This document shows, one piece after another, positions 8,448-17,810 of a stretch of DNA of 64,000 bases (within the stretch, counting starts at the first letter, position 1; every line of letters starts with the position of its first letter). Origin of the DNA: Candidatus Omnitrophota bacterium (GTDB lineage Bacteria; Omnitrophota; Gorgyraeia; Duberdicusellales; 4484-171); contig JBAWWL010000003.1 in NCBI GenBank assembly GCA_037146775.1, forward strand, positions 133,956 to 197,955, written 5' to 3'. Under the pieces are notes generated by a model. That model made no database searches. It was not told the DNA's origin and worked only from the letters and a program-made list of their open reading frames with translations. The position numbers and the translations under genes are program-made.

Positions 8448-9191
8448 ATGGAAAACTTAGTCACAAGTCCGCTTGAGACACGTCTAAAGGCTTGGCATGG
8501 AGAAGATTGGCACACTTCCAAAGGCAGAATTATCCGCGACATCGTTTATGCTATAGATACTGGCCTGGTGACCACAGTTTCATTTATTGCCGGCATGTCA
8601 GCTTCTTTAACAGTGCGTAGCAACCTTCTATTGGCCGGTATGGTTCAAATTGCTGCCGGGACGCTTGCAATATTTTTTGGTTCATACATTTCAACCAAAG
8701 CTCAAAAGCATTTTTTTGAGAATCAGATTGAACGGGAAAGAAAGGAGATAGAAGAGGACCCCCGCAAAGAAACGGAAGAAATAAGAGCTATCTTTGCGGA
8801 TATGGGTTTTAACGAAGCCGAACGTGAAATCGCCGTCCGGCGCATCACTGCCGACAAAAACCTTTGGCTTAAATTCATGGCTCAAGAAGAGATAGGCGTC
8901 AGTCCTTCTTTCATTGATAACCCCCTGGAAATAGGATTTATTTCCGCTGTTTCTTTCTTGGTGGGATCCGTTCCGGCGATTACCCCTTTCTTTTTGTTCC
9001 GTGTGCCCGCCCAGGCATTACCTGCTTCAATTATTTCAGTATTTACCTTTCTTTTTATTTTAGGTATCGCGAAAACAAAAATTACTAAAGTGAACTGGTT
9101 TATCAGTGGTATGGAAACATTACTTATCGGCGCGTTATCCTGCGGTTCGGGATTCTTTTTAGGACATTTTGCTGCCCGCTATTTTCATTGA
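8448..9191 (+). CDS. VIT1/CCC1 family iron transporter
   Basis: IRDIVYAIDTGLVT, GSYIST, ERKEIEEDP..E..E cytoplasmic domain, SFLVGSVPAITPF. Confidence 0.88.
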   Translation: MENLVTSPLETRLKAWHGEDWHTSKGRIIRDIVYAIDTGLVTTVSFIAGMSASLTVRSNLLLAGMVQIAAGTLAIFFGSYISTKAQKHFFENQIERERKEIEEDPRKETEEIRAIFADMGFNEAEREIAVRRITADKNLWLKFMAQEEIGVSPSFIDNPLEIGFISAVSFLVGSVPAITPFFLFRVPAQALPASIISVFTFLFILGIAKTKITKVNWFISGMETLLIGALSCGSGFFLGHFAARYFH

Positions 9192-9427
9192 TGCGCGAGA
9201 AAAAAATAACACAAGTAATCATGATATGGTTTTTACCCCTGATTGTTTTCGGCGGGCTCTTCTTGCCGCTGGTGGGATGCCTTGTTCTTTTTATGATGAT
9301 TTTCCCTTACACTTTCTTATTTTTGCTGGATGGTCAAAGAAGCCAAAAACCACTATTGATGATGTTTCAGGAGCAAAAAAAGCTTAATTATTCAACATTT
9401 TTTATCTGGGAAACAAGGGTATATTAA
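9191..9427 (+). pseudogene. Probable truncated N-terminus of a membrane 4Fe-4S binding protein
   Basis: Two TM-like segments (IMIWFLPLIVFGGLFLPLVGCLVLFMMIF), then sequence lacking the expected CxxxCP motif; family recalled, not searched. Confidence 0.4.
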
Positions 9428-9432
9428 AATGG

Positions 9433-9461
9433 TTGACAGATAAAACATGAAATGATAGAAT
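9433..9461 (+). promoter_or_regulatory. Sigma70 promoter of the alpha-glucan cluster
   Basis: TTGACA-17 nt-TAGAAT with extended -10 TG. Confidence 0.75.
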
Positions 9462-9486
9462 CCCTACACCTCTAGAAGGGGTATAT

Positions 9487-10500
9487 ATGAAGAAAAACTC
9501 CTCCAAAACCTCTAAAAAAACGCCTGTAAAAAAAGAAAAAAAATCTTTACTTAAGCGTGTTGTGTCACGCATTTCCCGACGCAGTAAAAAAGCACCTATC
9601 CAAGAAGAAATCGTTTCTCCAAAACCCACCTATTCCTTAGAAGCAGAAAAAGAAGCGGTAGAGATTGAAAAAGTTAATTTTACCGCAGTCCAAGAGACTA
9701 AACCCGAATCGGCGTATAACTTGCCGCTGCGTTATGGCGATAACCGTATAGTGCTCCTGGCGCGTGACCCGTGGTGGTTGCACACGTATTGGGATGTTGC
9801 CGAGCAGAGGATTAACGAAGTTATTTCTTCAATACCGGTTTATGAGCGGGAAAATTTAAAGTGGATAATTCGCGTGTATGACGTAACAGGCATTAAGAAC
9901 TTTGAAGGTAATAATGCGAACGCTTTTTTTGATATCGATATCCGTTTTGAAGCAAATAACTGGTATGTTAACGTTAACCAGCCGGAACGTGACTGGTGTG
10001 TGGAAATAGGCTTAATCAATCCTTTCGGTAAGTTCTTTCCCGTTGCCCGTTCCAACATTATCAAGACGCCTTATTTCGGTATTTCGTCCGTTATCGATGA
10101 AGAGTGGGCTTTACCGGATGAAGATTATTATAAAGTGTTGGGAGTTTATGATTTGGGAAAGAGCTCTTTGGAGAGAAAGAAAAAGTTTGAAGAAATCATC
10201 AAGCATCAGATCTCATCACCGTTGGCTTCCTGGGGTATGAGCAGCTTGTTCAGCGAGCGGCCTCGCGTTGCGGATAAATTTTTCTTAGAAGTATGGACAG
10301 AGCTTATTCTTTACGGCCGGACCGAACCGGACGCTGACGTTACGGTAGAAGGCAAAAAAGTCCATCTAAAATCAGACGGTACGTTTTCGCTGCGTTACGC
10401 TCTTCCGGTGGGAGATTATACGTATCAAGTGGTCGGTGTTTCAAAGAACAAGAAACACAAGATTACCAAAACTCCCGCAGTAAAACGGTTCGATAAATAA
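9487..10500 (+). CDS. DUF4912 domain protein with Lys/Arg-rich N-terminus
   Basis: LPLRYGDNRIVLLARDPWWLHTYW, IIRVYDVT, ARSN; C-terminal ELILYGRTEPDA..DGTF Ig-like domain. Confidence 0.85.
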   Translation: MKKNSSKTSKKTPVKKEKKSLLKRVVSRISRRSKKAPIQEEIVSPKPTYSLEAEKEAVEIEKVNFTAVQETKPESAYNLPLRYGDNRIVLLARDPWWLHTYWDVAEQRINEVISSIPVYERENLKWIIRVYDVTGIKNFEGNNANAFFDIDIRFEANNWYVNVNQPERDWCVEIGLINPFGKFFPVARSNIIKTPYFGISSVIDEEWALPDEDYYKVLGVYDLGKSSLERKKKFEEIIKHQISSPLASWGMSSLFSERPRVADKFFLEVWTELILYGRTEPDADVTVEGKKVHLKSDGTFSLRYALPVGDYTYQVVGVSKNKKHKITKTPAVKRFDK

Positions 10501-10501
10501 A

Positions 10502-10566
10502 CCAGAAAACAGAAAACAGGGGACAGATAACAGAAAATCTGTCTTTGCGTTATCCGCTGTATTCTG
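10502..10566. repeat. Heptamer-periodic repeat (nCAGAnn) with degenerate inverted half
   Basis: CAG at 10503, 10510, 10517, 10524, 10531, followed by TCTG/TCCG units. Confidence 0.65.
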
Positions 10567-10580
10567 AATAAACAAAACTT

Positions 10581-12164
10581 ATGGAAAAAGGATATCTATC
10601 GTTTGTTTTACACGCACACCTGCCTTTTGTCCGTCACCCCGAATATAAAGAATTCTTAGAAGAACGCTGGCTGTTTGAAGCCATTACCGAAACCTACATC
10701 CCGCTGTTAGAGATGTTTGAGGGTTTGGTAAAAGACGGCGTTGAATTTTACATAACCATGAATCTGTCGCCGTCTTTATGTAATATGCTGGCGGACGAAC
10801 TTCTGTGCAACCGCTATATCGGCCATCTCAATAAGATGGTTGAACTGTGTGAAAAAGAAGTTGAGCGCAACAGATTCAATCCTGATTTTTATAAGGTTGC
10901 GCTTATGTATTATCATCGTTTTCATCGCACCAGAGACAAATTTCTTCATGTGTATAACAGGAATTTGATCAAAGAATTTAAAAAATATCAGGACAAAGGG
11001 TTTTTAGAGATTATTACCTGCGGAGCGACTCATGGATTTTTACCGCTCTTAGGGATACAAAAAGAAGCAGCAAAAGCACAGATCAGGGTAGGAGCGAATT
11101 CTTACCGTAAGTTTTTTGGATGCGATCCTAAAGGCATATGGCTGCCTGAGTGCGCTTATTACGAAGATCTGGATAAATTTTTGAAAGAAGAAGGTATACG
11201 TTATTTTCTTGTGGAGTCTCACGGTATTCTTTTTTCCAGGCCTCGGCCTAAATTCGGCGTGTACTCTTCATATTATACAAAAAACCGAGTGGCGGTATTT
11301 GGAAGGGACCACGAATCGTCAAAAAGCGTATGGTCTTCTGTTGAAGGTTACCCCGGCGATTATAACTATCGCGAATACTACCGCGATATTGGCTTTGATT
11401 TAGATTATGATTATATACGTCCGTACATATCTGACTGCGGCACGAGAATCTTTACCGGAATAAAATACTATCGTATTACCGGCGAAACCCCGCATAAAGA
11501 GCCGTATGTTCCAGAGTGGGCTCTTGACAAGGCTGTCTTCCACGCGAGCAATTTTATGTTTAACCGCGAAAAACAAATAGAATATCTCAGCTCTATCTTT
11601 GACCGAAAACCGATTATTGTCGCGCCATATGACGCGGAATTGTTCGGCCACTGGTGGTTTGAAGGAGTGCAGTGGTTAGGCCTTCTTATCCGCAAAATTC
11701 GTTATGACCAAAAAACCTTTCAGTTGACCACACCTTCACGCTATCTTTCGCAGTATCCGAAAAACCAAGTTATCACTCCTGCGGCGTCGAGCTGGGGCTG
11801 GAAAGGCTATTATGAAGTATGGTTGAACGGTTCTAATGACTGGATATATCCCCATCTGCATAGAGCGCAGGAAAAAATGGTGGAAGCGGTGAAACAATAC
11901 CGCTCGGCAGGGCCGATGAAGGAACGAATCTTAAATCAAATGGCGCGCGAACTGCTTCTGGCGCAGTCCAGCGATTGGGCGTTTATGATGAAGACAGGTG
12001 CTTTCTCGGAGTATGCATGCAAAAAAACCGTGACTCATCTGGAACGTTTTTATCTCCTCAAGTCCTATCTGGACAGAAGTTTCGTCAATAACGAAATGAT
12101 CGAAGATATCGAAAGTAAAGATAATATCTTTCCTGAGATTAACTATTCCGTTTTCCAACCTTAA
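10581..12164 (+). CDS. GH57 1,4-alpha-glucan branching enzyme (DUF1957)
   Basis: HAHLP, WLFEAITETYIP, WLPECAY, PYDAELFGHWWFEG, AQSSDWAF. Confidence 0.93.
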   Translation: MEKGYLSFVLHAHLPFVRHPEYKEFLEERWLFEAITETYIPLLEMFEGLVKDGVEFYITMNLSPSLCNMLADELLCNRYIGHLNKMVELCEKEVERNRFNPDFYKVALMYYHRFHRTRDKFLHVYNRNLIKEFKKYQDKGFLEIITCGATHGFLPLLGIQKEAAKAQIRVGANSYRKFFGCDPKGIWLPECAYYEDLDKFLKEEGIRYFLVESHGILFSRPRPKFGVYSSYYTKNRVAVFGRDHESSKSVWSSVEGYPGDYNYREYYRDIGFDLDYDYIRPYISDCGTRIFTGIKYYRITGETPHKEPYVPEWALDKAVFHASNFMFNREKQIEYLSSIFDRKPIIVAPYDAELFGHWWFEGVQWLGLLIRKIRYDQKTFQLTTPSRYLSQYPKNQVITPAASSWGWKGYYEVWLNGSNDWIYPHLHRAQEKMVEAVKQYRSAGPMKERILNQMARELLLAQSSDWAFMMKTGAFSEYACKKTVTHLERFYLLKSYLDRSFVNNEMIEDIESKDNIFPEINYSVFQP

Positions 12165-12175
12165 GTACGTGACCC

Positions 12176-13759
12176 ATGAATAGTTCGCCTACCAAAGTAA
12201 TATTTTTATGGCACATGCATCAGCCGTGCTATAAGATTCCTGGCACAAACCATTATTCACTTCCCTGGGTACGGCTTCACGCGATAAAAGATTATTATGG
12301 CATGGCAAGAATCATCGCCAACTTTACCAAGGTGAAAGTTGCCTTTAATTTCAGCGGTGTTCTTCTGGAACAACTCCTCGATTATGTAAATGGTTCGAGT
12401 GATTCTTATCTGGATGTAACCGCCAAACAACCAGCACATCTCAGCCGCGAAGAGAGGGCATTTATTATCGATCGCTTTTTCTCCATAAATTTTGACCGAT
12501 TTGTTAAACCGCACCGCAGATATTTGCAGTTATATAATAAGAAGTTATCGCTTAAGAGTAAATTCAGCACACAGGATATATTGGATCTGCAAGTGCTCTT
12601 TAACCTCTTTTGGTTTCATACCTATACGTTACAGGAAGATAAAAATTTAAAGAAGCTTGTTCTTAAGGAAAAAAACTATAACGAAGCCGATAAAGCATAT
12701 ATTATTCAAAAGCAGTATAAAATCATGCAAGAGGTAATCCCTCTTTATAAACGGCTCGTTCATCATGGCCGGATTGAATTGACGCTTACGCCATATTATC
12801 ATCCTATCATGCCGTTGCTTTACGACAGCGATGTCGTCAAGGAATTTTCGTATTTGAAAAAGCCTACCTTACGTTTTTCTTCCCCCGATGACTGCCGCTG
12901 GCATCTGCGGCAGGCAAAAGAATTGTTCAAAAAAACATTCGATTATGAACCGTGCGGCAGCTGGCCGTCGGAAGGCAGTGTTTCTGAAGACGTTGTTTCT
13001 CTCTACGGCCAGGAGGGTTTTAAATGGATCGGGACAGATGAAGCCATTTTGTTTAAGAGCCTTACGACGGGATATGTTTCTTACGACATGATTAAAAATC
13101 AGCGGCACATTATCTATCGTCCCTATACGTTTAAAGACGTTAATATATTTTTCCGAGACAGAAATTTTTCCGATATGCTTAGTTTTGTATACCAGGGCTG
13201 GGATGATGCAACCTTTGCTTCGAACGATCTCATCGAGCATTTTAAGCGCACTCACAGCTACGCAAAGGATATTTTTAAGGAGCGCGCCATCACTATCATC
13301 ATGGACGGAGAGAACGCCTGGGAGTATTACAAGAATAATGGTGTTGATTTCTTGGAGAGGCTTTACAGCGCGCTTGAAAAAAGCGATGTATTGACCACCT
13401 CAACGCCTTCGGAATTCTTAAAACACAGCAGCAAGCGAACGCTTGAGCGGCTTTCCAGCGGTTCCTGGATTAACGGAGACTTTGGCGTGTGGGTGGGGTC
13501 AAAAAAGAACAATATATACTGGAATATTTTACGAAACATCAGGGACATGGTGGAGAAAAGTAAAGTTTCCGATATGGCACTTACTAAAATAAAAAATTAT
13601 TTTTATCTTATCGAGGGTAGTGACTGGTTCTGGTGGAATACTTTTGAAGATACAGTCGGAGAGTTTAAGAAAATTTTCTGTGCGTATATCGAGGAATTAT
13701 ACCGTCTCCTGGGTAAAACGTTGCCCGCGAGCATTAAGTCGATCAAGAACGCAAAGTAA
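12176..13759 (+). CDS. GH57 amylopullulanase-like hydrolase
   Basis: WHMHQP, PWVRLH, HPIMPL, WPSEG, MDGENAWEYY, EGSDWFWW. Confidence 0.9.
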   Translation: MNSSPTKVIFLWHMHQPCYKIPGTNHYSLPWVRLHAIKDYYGMARIIANFTKVKVAFNFSGVLLEQLLDYVNGSSDSYLDVTAKQPAHLSREERAFIIDRFFSINFDRFVKPHRRYLQLYNKKLSLKSKFSTQDILDLQVLFNLFWFHTYTLQEDKNLKKLVLKEKNYNEADKAYIIQKQYKIMQEVIPLYKRLVHHGRIELTLTPYYHPIMPLLYDSDVVKEFSYLKKPTLRFSSPDDCRWHLRQAKELFKKTFDYEPCGSWPSEGSVSEDVVSLYGQEGFKWIGTDEAILFKSLTTGYVSYDMIKNQRHIIYRPYTFKDVNIFFRDRNFSDMLSFVYQGWDDATFASNDLIEHFKRTHSYAKDIFKERAITIIMDGENAWEYYKNNGVDFLERLYSALEKSDVLTTSTPSEFLKHSSKRTLERLSSGSWINGDFGVWVGSKKNNIYWNILRNIRDMVEKSKVSDMALTKIKNYFYLIEGSDWFWWNTFEDTVGEFKKIFCAYIEELYRLLGKTLPASIKSIKNAK

Positions 13760-13768
13760 AATCTCTGG

Positions 13769-15820
13769 GTGAATATTATGGGAAAAATCTATTTGTTATT
13801 CGGTGCCCACAACCATCAGCCGGTAGGTAATTTCCCGCATATTTTCCGGCAGGCATACGAGAATTGCTACTCGCCTTTCTTATCCACCTTGAACGCGTTT
13901 CCAAAAATACGTTTTAGCCTTCATAATTCCGGACCGCTTTATGACTGGATTCAGGGTAATGCAAAAGAGTATCTCGGTATGCTGAAGCAAATGGTTAAGC
14001 GCGGCCAAGTAGAAATTGTCAGCGGAGGCTACTATGAGCCGATTTTACCGATTATATCGGATGACGATAAATGCGGGCAGATACGCCTCATGAACGGCTT
14101 TATTGAAAAGGTATTTGGTACAAAACCGCAGGGCAGCTGGACCGCGGAACGCGTGTGGGAGCCGTACCTGGCAAGGATCCTGAATCGATGTGACATACGC
14201 TATACTTTTTTAGACGATACGCATTTTCGCTTTTCCGGCTTAAAGGAAAAAGAGTTTTTTGGATACTATACTACCGAAGACGAAGGCCGTCCGGTTCATA
14301 TCTTTCCTATCAGCAAAACCTTGCGCTATAAAATTCCTTTCTCAAAAGCTAACGAAGCTATCGATCTTATCAATAGTTTCGGCTGCGAGGAGGACATCCT
14401 GATAAGTGTTTTTGACGACGGAGAAAAGTTCGGCCTCTGGCCCAATACCTATGACTGGGTATATAACCAGGGCTGGCTGCGCCAGTTCTTGTCGCTTCTG
14501 GAAGGCTCTAAAACGATCCAAACCATTACCCCGCAAGAGGCGATAAAGAAATTTTCTTCTTCAGGCATCGTATATCTTCCTACTGCTTCTTATGAAGAGA
14601 TGGGAGAGTGGGTGCTTGAACCCAAAAGATTTTTTGCGTATGAAGAGCTGAATAATTTCCTGAAAGCTCAAAATCGGCTTGATGAAGCTAAAGATTTTAT
14701 CCGTGCAGGCTTCTTTAGGAATTTTTACCGTAAATATAGCCGGCTTAATTATATGCACAAACGTATGCTTGCAACAAGCAAGGCAATCAATGCCCGCGCT
14801 TGTCCCCAGAAAGACAAAGAAATATTTACTTCGCTTTATAAAGCCCAGACCAATTGCGGCTATTGGCACGGCGTATTCGGTGGCTTTTATCTTGGCCATA
14901 TCAGGTCGGCGGTGTACGAGAATCTTATCCATGCGCAAAATCTCTTTGATAAAAAATATAGCAAAGAAGCCGTAACACTCGAAGAAGAGGATATCGATCT
15001 AGACGGCAATAAAGAGTATACGGTGCGTAACAATCATATGATATGTTGTTTTTCACCAAAAGGCGGGTCGCTCCTTGAAATGAGCCTGCGTAATTCCGGC
15101 TTTAATCTTTTGAATACCATTACGCGCCAGGAAGAATCCTATCATCAGAAGATACGGCAAAATGTCAATCAAACCGCTGAAGTTGCTACCATCCATAATA
15201 TCGTGCAACAGAAGGATAAGGATTTGGATAAATTTCTCGTCTATGACGCGTACGAACGCCTTGGCCTTATTGATCACCTGTTGGACAAGAAGCTGACGAG
15301 CGCGGCATTTAATTCAGGCGAGGGCGTGGTGAGTTTGAGCGGCGAGCAATACTCTATGGCTGCTAAAGGAGACAAGAAAAAGGCGGTTTTGGAGTGCCGT
15401 TTTAGCGATAAAAACCTTGATTTTACTAAGCAAATTGAATGCGGACAAGATTGCGGTTTTGATGTCCTTTATACGTTTCGCAAAAAAAATATCTTGAACG
15501 ATTATAATTTTGGTATAGAATTTAATATATCCTTGCCGTCGCCAAACGATATATACAAGAAAGACAAGGCTAAGGAAATATCGTTGAACGAGCCGCGGCA
15601 ATGGCAGGAACAGGGCTCTTTGACTATTGTTGATCATTTTAAAAAGATAGCGATAGAATTTTGTGTCGATACCTGTGATATCATGACCATGCCGTTATAT
15701 TCGGTATCTTCTTCGGAATCCGGATTCGAGAAAGTGTATCAACAGCTTGTCGTACTTTTTATTGCGAAACATAAGAAAGATACCTTCCGGCTGGCTTTAC
15801 GTATACACGCAAAGAAGTAA
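13769..15820 (+). CDS. GH57 4-alpha-glucanotransferase/alpha-amylase (DUF1925/DUF1926)
   Basis: HNHQPVGN, GGYYEPIL, WTAERVWEP, DDGEKFG, YWHGVFGG, SESGFEKVYQ; alternative ATG at 13778. Confidence 0.92.
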   Translation: MNIMGKIYLLFGAHNHQPVGNFPHIFRQAYENCYSPFLSTLNAFPKIRFSLHNSGPLYDWIQGNAKEYLGMLKQMVKRGQVEIVSGGYYEPILPIISDDDKCGQIRLMNGFIEKVFGTKPQGSWTAERVWEPYLARILNRCDIRYTFLDDTHFRFSGLKEKEFFGYYTTEDEGRPVHIFPISKTLRYKIPFSKANEAIDLINSFGCEEDILISVFDDGEKFGLWPNTYDWVYNQGWLRQFLSLLEGSKTIQTITPQEAIKKFSSSGIVYLPTASYEEMGEWVLEPKRFFAYEELNNFLKAQNRLDEAKDFIRAGFFRNFYRKYSRLNYMHKRMLATSKAINARACPQKDKEIFTSLYKAQTNCGYWHGVFGGFYLGHIRSAVYENLIHAQNLFDKKYSKEAVTLEEEDIDLDGNKEYTVRNNHMICCFSPKGGSLLEMSLRNSGFNLLNTITRQEESYHQKIRQNVNQTAEVATIHNIVQQKDKDLDKFLVYDAYERLGLIDHLLDKKLTSAAFNSGEGVVSLSGEQYSMAAKGDKKKAVLECRFSDKNLDFTKQIECGQDCGFDVLYTFRKKNILNDYNFGIEFNISLPSPNDIYKKDKAKEISLNEPRQWQEQGSLTIVDHFKKIAIEFCVDTCDIMTMPLYSVSSSESGFEKVYQQLVVLFIAKHKKDTFRLALRIHAKK

Positions 15821-15863
15821 TGCGTCTGGGTGGGCGCATTTTTACATAAAAAAGGAGGCTACA

Positions 15864-16061
15864 ATGGCATTCCCAACAAGAGGTTTTTCCAAGAGTCCCG
15901 CGAGCAAAAACAATACGTGCAAAATTGACGAAGGAAAACTGAATCAGATGATCAAAGAGCGCGCGTATTACATTTGGGAAAGTAAAGGCAAACCCCAAGG
16001 CCAGGATAGAGCTATTTGGTTCCAGGCAGAAAAAGAAGTTCTTGCTAAAGTAAAGAAATAA
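15864..16061 (+). CDS. DUF2934 domain small protein
   Basis: IKERAYYIWESKGKPQGQDRAIWFQAEKEV; SD AAGGAGG before ATG 15864. Confidence 0.85.
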   Translation: MAFPTRGFSKSPASKNNTCKIDEGKLNQMIKERAYYIWESKGKPQGQDRAIWFQAEKEVLAKVKK

Positions 16062-16178
16062 ACATAGTTTATAGCGGCTACAGGTTTTATGAGCTGGATT
16101 GTGGTGTTAGCGCAAAACGTTGCTTGTATTTTTCTGTAGTCGTTCTGTATCCCGGACCTTTCTAAAAGGAGGTGAGTG

Positions 16179-16574
16179 ATGAAGGCAGTAAAAGGCGAAG
16201 AGATTATACTCACCATGGAAAACAAAGTTGGCGCATTAGAGGTAATAGCCAAGTTAGTCACCGATGCCGGCATTAATTTAAGGGGTATAAGCGCGTACGT
16301 TATCGATAATAAGGCTATGTTCAGGATTATTGCCTCGGATAATGCTAAAGCGAAAGACATCCTCAAGAAGGCAGGAACGATACAGACAAAAGAAGTAATT
16401 ATTGTAGATGTACCTGATGAAATAGGCCAGTTGCAAGTCCTCGCTACAAAGCTTAAGGATGCAGGTATAGATCTTACTCATATCTATGGCACTACCTCGA
16501 AACCGCACCAGTCAGCGATTATTGTATTTGCTTCAAACAATAATAATAAAGCGTTGGAAGTCATTGCTTCTTAG
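16179..16574 (+). CDS. Tandem ACT-domain protein
   Basis: ENKVGAL...AGINL and PDEIGQL...AGIDLTHIY repeats; SD AAGGAGGTG. Confidence 0.85.
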   Translation: MKAVKGEEIILTMENKVGALEVIAKLVTDAGINLRGISAYVIDNKAMFRIIASDNAKAKDILKKAGTIQTKEVIIVDVPDEIGQLQVLATKLKDAGIDLTHIYGTTSKPHQSAIIVFASNNNNKALEVIAS

Positions 16575-16580
16575 CTTTTA

Positions 16581-17795
16581 ATGCGCATCCAATTTCCCTC
16601 TTCGTTTCTATGGGGGGCAGCCCTTTCTAGTTATCAGACCGAAGGGAATATTTTCAATACCGATTGGTCGCTTTGGGAACAAGAAAAAAAACTGGAACAA
16701 GCTGGCCGAGCCTGTGATCATTATCATTTATTTAAAGAGGACTTCAATTTAGCCAGCCAGCTACACCTCAATTGTCTGCGAATCTCGTTGGAGTGGGCGC
16801 GTATCTGTCCCGGTCCAGGCGTGTATCAGGAAGAGGAACTCGCGCATTACCGAGAGGTGATCGATACATTAAAGGCCTTGGGTCTTAAACCTATCATTAC
16901 TCTGCATCATTTTACCAACCCCCTTTGGTTTAGCCAGCGCGGCGGCTGGGAAAATTCAGAAAATGTTGATTTTTTCCTCGCCTATTTGAAAAAAACCGCT
17001 GGTTGTTTTAAGAAGGATATAACGTATTGGTTGATCCTTAATGAACCGCTCGTGTATATCTATAACAGTTTTGTCGCCGGGATTTGGCCGCCGGGAATAC
17101 GTTCTCTTAAAACAGCCAAAAAAGTTCTTAACAATCTCCTTTCTGCGTATATAACGGGCTACCAGGAAATAAAACATATATACAGACAAGAAGGTTTAAC
17201 TGCGCAGGTTTCTTTTGTAAAGCACATGAGAATATTTTCGCCCTGCCCCAGTTTCAGTTTCGGTCTAAATAATCTTTCAGCTTGCGTCCGGCATTACCTG
17301 TTTAATACGCAATTTCTTGATAAGGTAATTCGCGGCCGCTACCTTGATTTTATTGCCATTAACTATTATTGTAAGGAGTATGTCGCGTTTAAGGGTTTAG
17401 CCGGAGTAGAGTGCACACACAATTCTCATTCTGAAAAGAAAAATGCGCTTGGCTGGTATACTTACGCTTGTGGGCTATATAAGATACTGGTTGCCATGAA
17501 ACGTTTCAAGCTTCCCATTATTATTATGGAGAATGGGACTGCCGAAGTTTCCGATATATCATATCGCCAATTCTTACTATCCCACTTAGAAGCTTTAGGG
17601 AGGGCGTTACAGGAAGGAGTTGATGTACGGGGGTACCTTTGGTGGTCGCTCATCGATAATTTTGAATGGGATAAAGGTTTCGGCCCCCGTTTTGGCTTGA
17701 TTTCGGTCGATTATAAAAACTTAGCACGTAACGTCAAGCCATTCGCTCACACGTATGCCGGTATCTGTAAAGAGAATGCAATAGACGTTTTGTAA
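16581..17795 (+). CDS. Glycoside hydrolase family 1 (beta-glucosidase-like)
   Basis: FLWGAALSSYQTEG, TLHHFTNP, catalytic NEP and ENG, WSLIDNFEW. Confidence 0.94.
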   Translation: MRIQFPSSFLWGAALSSYQTEGNIFNTDWSLWEQEKKLEQAGRACDHYHLFKEDFNLASQLHLNCLRISLEWARICPGPGVYQEEELAHYREVIDTLKALGLKPIITLHHFTNPLWFSQRGGWENSENVDFFLAYLKKTAGCFKKDITYWLILNEPLVYIYNSFVAGIWPPGIRSLKTAKKVLNNLLSAYITGYQEIKHIYRQEGLTAQVSFVKHMRIFSPCPSFSFGLNNLSACVRHYLFNTQFLDKVIRGRYLDFIAINYYCKEYVAFKGLAGVECTHNSHSEKKNALGWYTYACGLYKILVAMKRFKLPIIIMENGTAEVSDISYRQFLLSHLEALGRALQEGVDVRGYLWWSLIDNFEWDKGFGPRFGLISVDYKNLARNVKPFAHTYAGICKENAIDVL

Positions 17796-17810
17796 CCATT
17801 GTGTAATACC

